Origin: an uncultured virus (IMG/VR IMGVR_UViG_3300010346_002895) | Taxonomy: Duplodnaviria > Heunggongvirae > Uroviricota > Caudoviricetes | Virus record (IMG/VR): IMGVR_UViG_3300010346_002895 | Strand: one strand, 5' to 3' | DNA length: 59,169 nucleotides | Shown: positions 58,008-59,169 of the stretch, one piece after another | How positions within the stretch are numbered: position 1 is the first letter of the stretch | Layout of the letters: every line of letters begins with the position of its first letter | The notes under the pieces: model-generated | Told to the model about the DNA's origin: nothing | Seen by the model: only the letters and a program-made list of their open reading frames with translations | Databases searched by the model: none | Made by a program: the position numbers and the translations under genes

Positions 58008-58232
58008 ATGAAAATCAGAGTGAAGTTCGGAAAGAACCCTTACAACAACAGATTCACATGCGGCCATTGCCGCGAGCCGTTCGAGCGCGGCGGATTATTT
58101 ATCCGGCTCGAGCATGGCGGACAGATCGTCGATATACCGGTCTGTCCGCGATGCTTTGAATCGGGCGATCTCCTCGAAGGAATGATCGACCTGAGCGTAC
58201 ATAGTGCGTCACATCCGATTGGGTTGGCGTAA
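58008..58232 (+). CDS. 74-aa zinc-ribbon protein
   Basis: CGHC...CPRC; paralog of 4247-4471. Confidence 0.75.
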   Translation: MKIRVKFGKNPYNNRFTCGHCREPFERGGLFIRLEHGGQIVDIPVCPRCFESGDLLEGMIDLSVHSASHPIGLA

Positions 58233-58254
58233 ATTGCTAAAGGAGGCGGTTGCA

Positions 58255-58497
58255 ATGCGTATTGAACTGAAGGGCGGCGAGAAATTCAGCGGTTCGCCGA
58301 TGAAAATCGTCACCCAGATGAAAGGCTCCACGATGTTCTCGGACGTGCGGACCATCCGCGAATACGTGGACATGGTGCTTCGCAACGCGAAGATGATGGA
58401 GAACATCGAGCTTACGGTCAAGGGAAACACAGACGAAGAACTCACACGGTCGCTTGTTTCCGAGCTGATCGAGCGCGGTCTCGCTCGGGAGGTATGA
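58255..58497 (+). CDS. Hypothetical protein (80 aa)
   Basis: AAGGAGG RBS; paralog of 6162-6404. Confidence 0.75.
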   Translation: MRIELKGGEKFSGSPMKIVTQMKGSTMFSDVRTIREYVDMVLRNAKMMENIELTVKGNTDEELTRSLVSELIERGLAREV

Positions 58498-58715
58498 GTA
58501 TGGACGATGACCCCATTGAAAAAATCGAGCGTTTCATCACAGAAGAGAATTGCTACGTTGTGATGGGACAGTTCCAGCGTCTCGGTGTTCTTACAAAAGC
58601 GGACATCCACAAAGCCATGGGCATGAACCGGCAAGGCTGGATTTCATACATGAAGGAGAAAGCCGGAATCGCCGGGCCGGACATCAAAACAGAAGGAGAA
58701 CGGAATGTCGAATAA
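58494..58715 (+). CDS. Hypothetical protein (73 aa)
   Basis: Paralog of 6406-6618. Confidence 0.7.
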   Translation: MSMDDDPIEKIERFITEENCYVVMGQFQRLGVLTKADIHKAMGMNRQGWISYMKEKAGIAGPDIKTEGERNVE

Positions 58716-59025
58716 GAAAAAGAGAAACGCACAGCGCAGAATTCAGAATCTGCAACGGAATCTAAAGCCGATTATCACAATTAATGAGCCTGATGAATCG
58801 CTTTATGTGATTGCGGATTTCTCGCTTCCTGGCACTTCTCGCATGCGCCGTATCATGTCAAAAAAACTGGCGAATGGAAATATTGATGCCGTTATCTATG
58901 AAGGAATCGTCGGGCCTGACAGAACATGCGAAAAGAAATTCAACCTTCTGTACATGAATGATGCGCCGAAAGACAAATTCTGGAAGGCTGTGCAGGCTCT
59001 CCAATTTTTATACAGAATTATGTAG
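58705..59025 (+). pseudogene. Truncated paralog of 6608-7051
   Basis: 106 aa vs 147 aa; similarity ends at a palindrome that supplies the stop codon. Confidence 0.6.
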
Positions 59026-59071
59026 AGCTCTACATAACGCGATTTATGTAAAGCCGCAAATTATGTTGAGT
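59018..59071. other. Xer/dif-like tyrosine-recombinase site cluster
   Basis: 20-bp palindrome TTATGTAGAGCTCTACATAA; GCTCTACATAA-N6-TTATGTAAAGC; a further TTATGTTGAGT at 59061. Confidence 0.6.
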
Positions 59072-59169
59072 TGCCATCATCTCGAAGCGGTCAACAAGAC
59101 AAACGGTTTAGACCGACAGCGGTGGGGTTTTTAAGCCACATCACAGAATTGTCAATAATAGAAACGTTT

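Overview
The whole window is accessory or mobile DNA, with no housekeeping genes. It reads as two related prophage-like or integrative units joined at a tRNA-Ala(GGC) 3'-half att core (28546-28595), which has arm-like repeats on both sides (attP-like). The left unit has a large serine recombinase plus two ParB-like genes and an amidoligase/GATase/GGCT operon. It also has a complete type 1 BREX system (brxA-B-C-pglX-pglZ-brxL), followed by a CAP12/Pycsar-type TIR protein and preceded by an atypical class III nucleotide cyclase and a MerR-like HTH gene. It ends with a Com-like zinc ribbon, a sigma factor and an AAA_14 ATPase. The right unit starts with an AT-rich Dcm/GHKL-ATPase/SAM-methyltransferase/Vsr/DUF5677-like island and a tyrosine integrase. 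A phage replication module follows (PD-(D/E)XK nuclease, intein-containing AAA ATPase, DUF669-like protein, truncated RecD2-like helicase, primase-helicase, iteron cluster). Next comes a headless baseplate/tail-fibre/lysis block with several deletion scars, then a second, diverged amidoligase module cut at a Xer/dif-like site. The best candidates for an undescribed system are the cyclase-BREX-TIR arrangement and the nuclease-less Dcm-GHKL-MTase island. All family assignments come from motifs recognised by eye, not from database searches.
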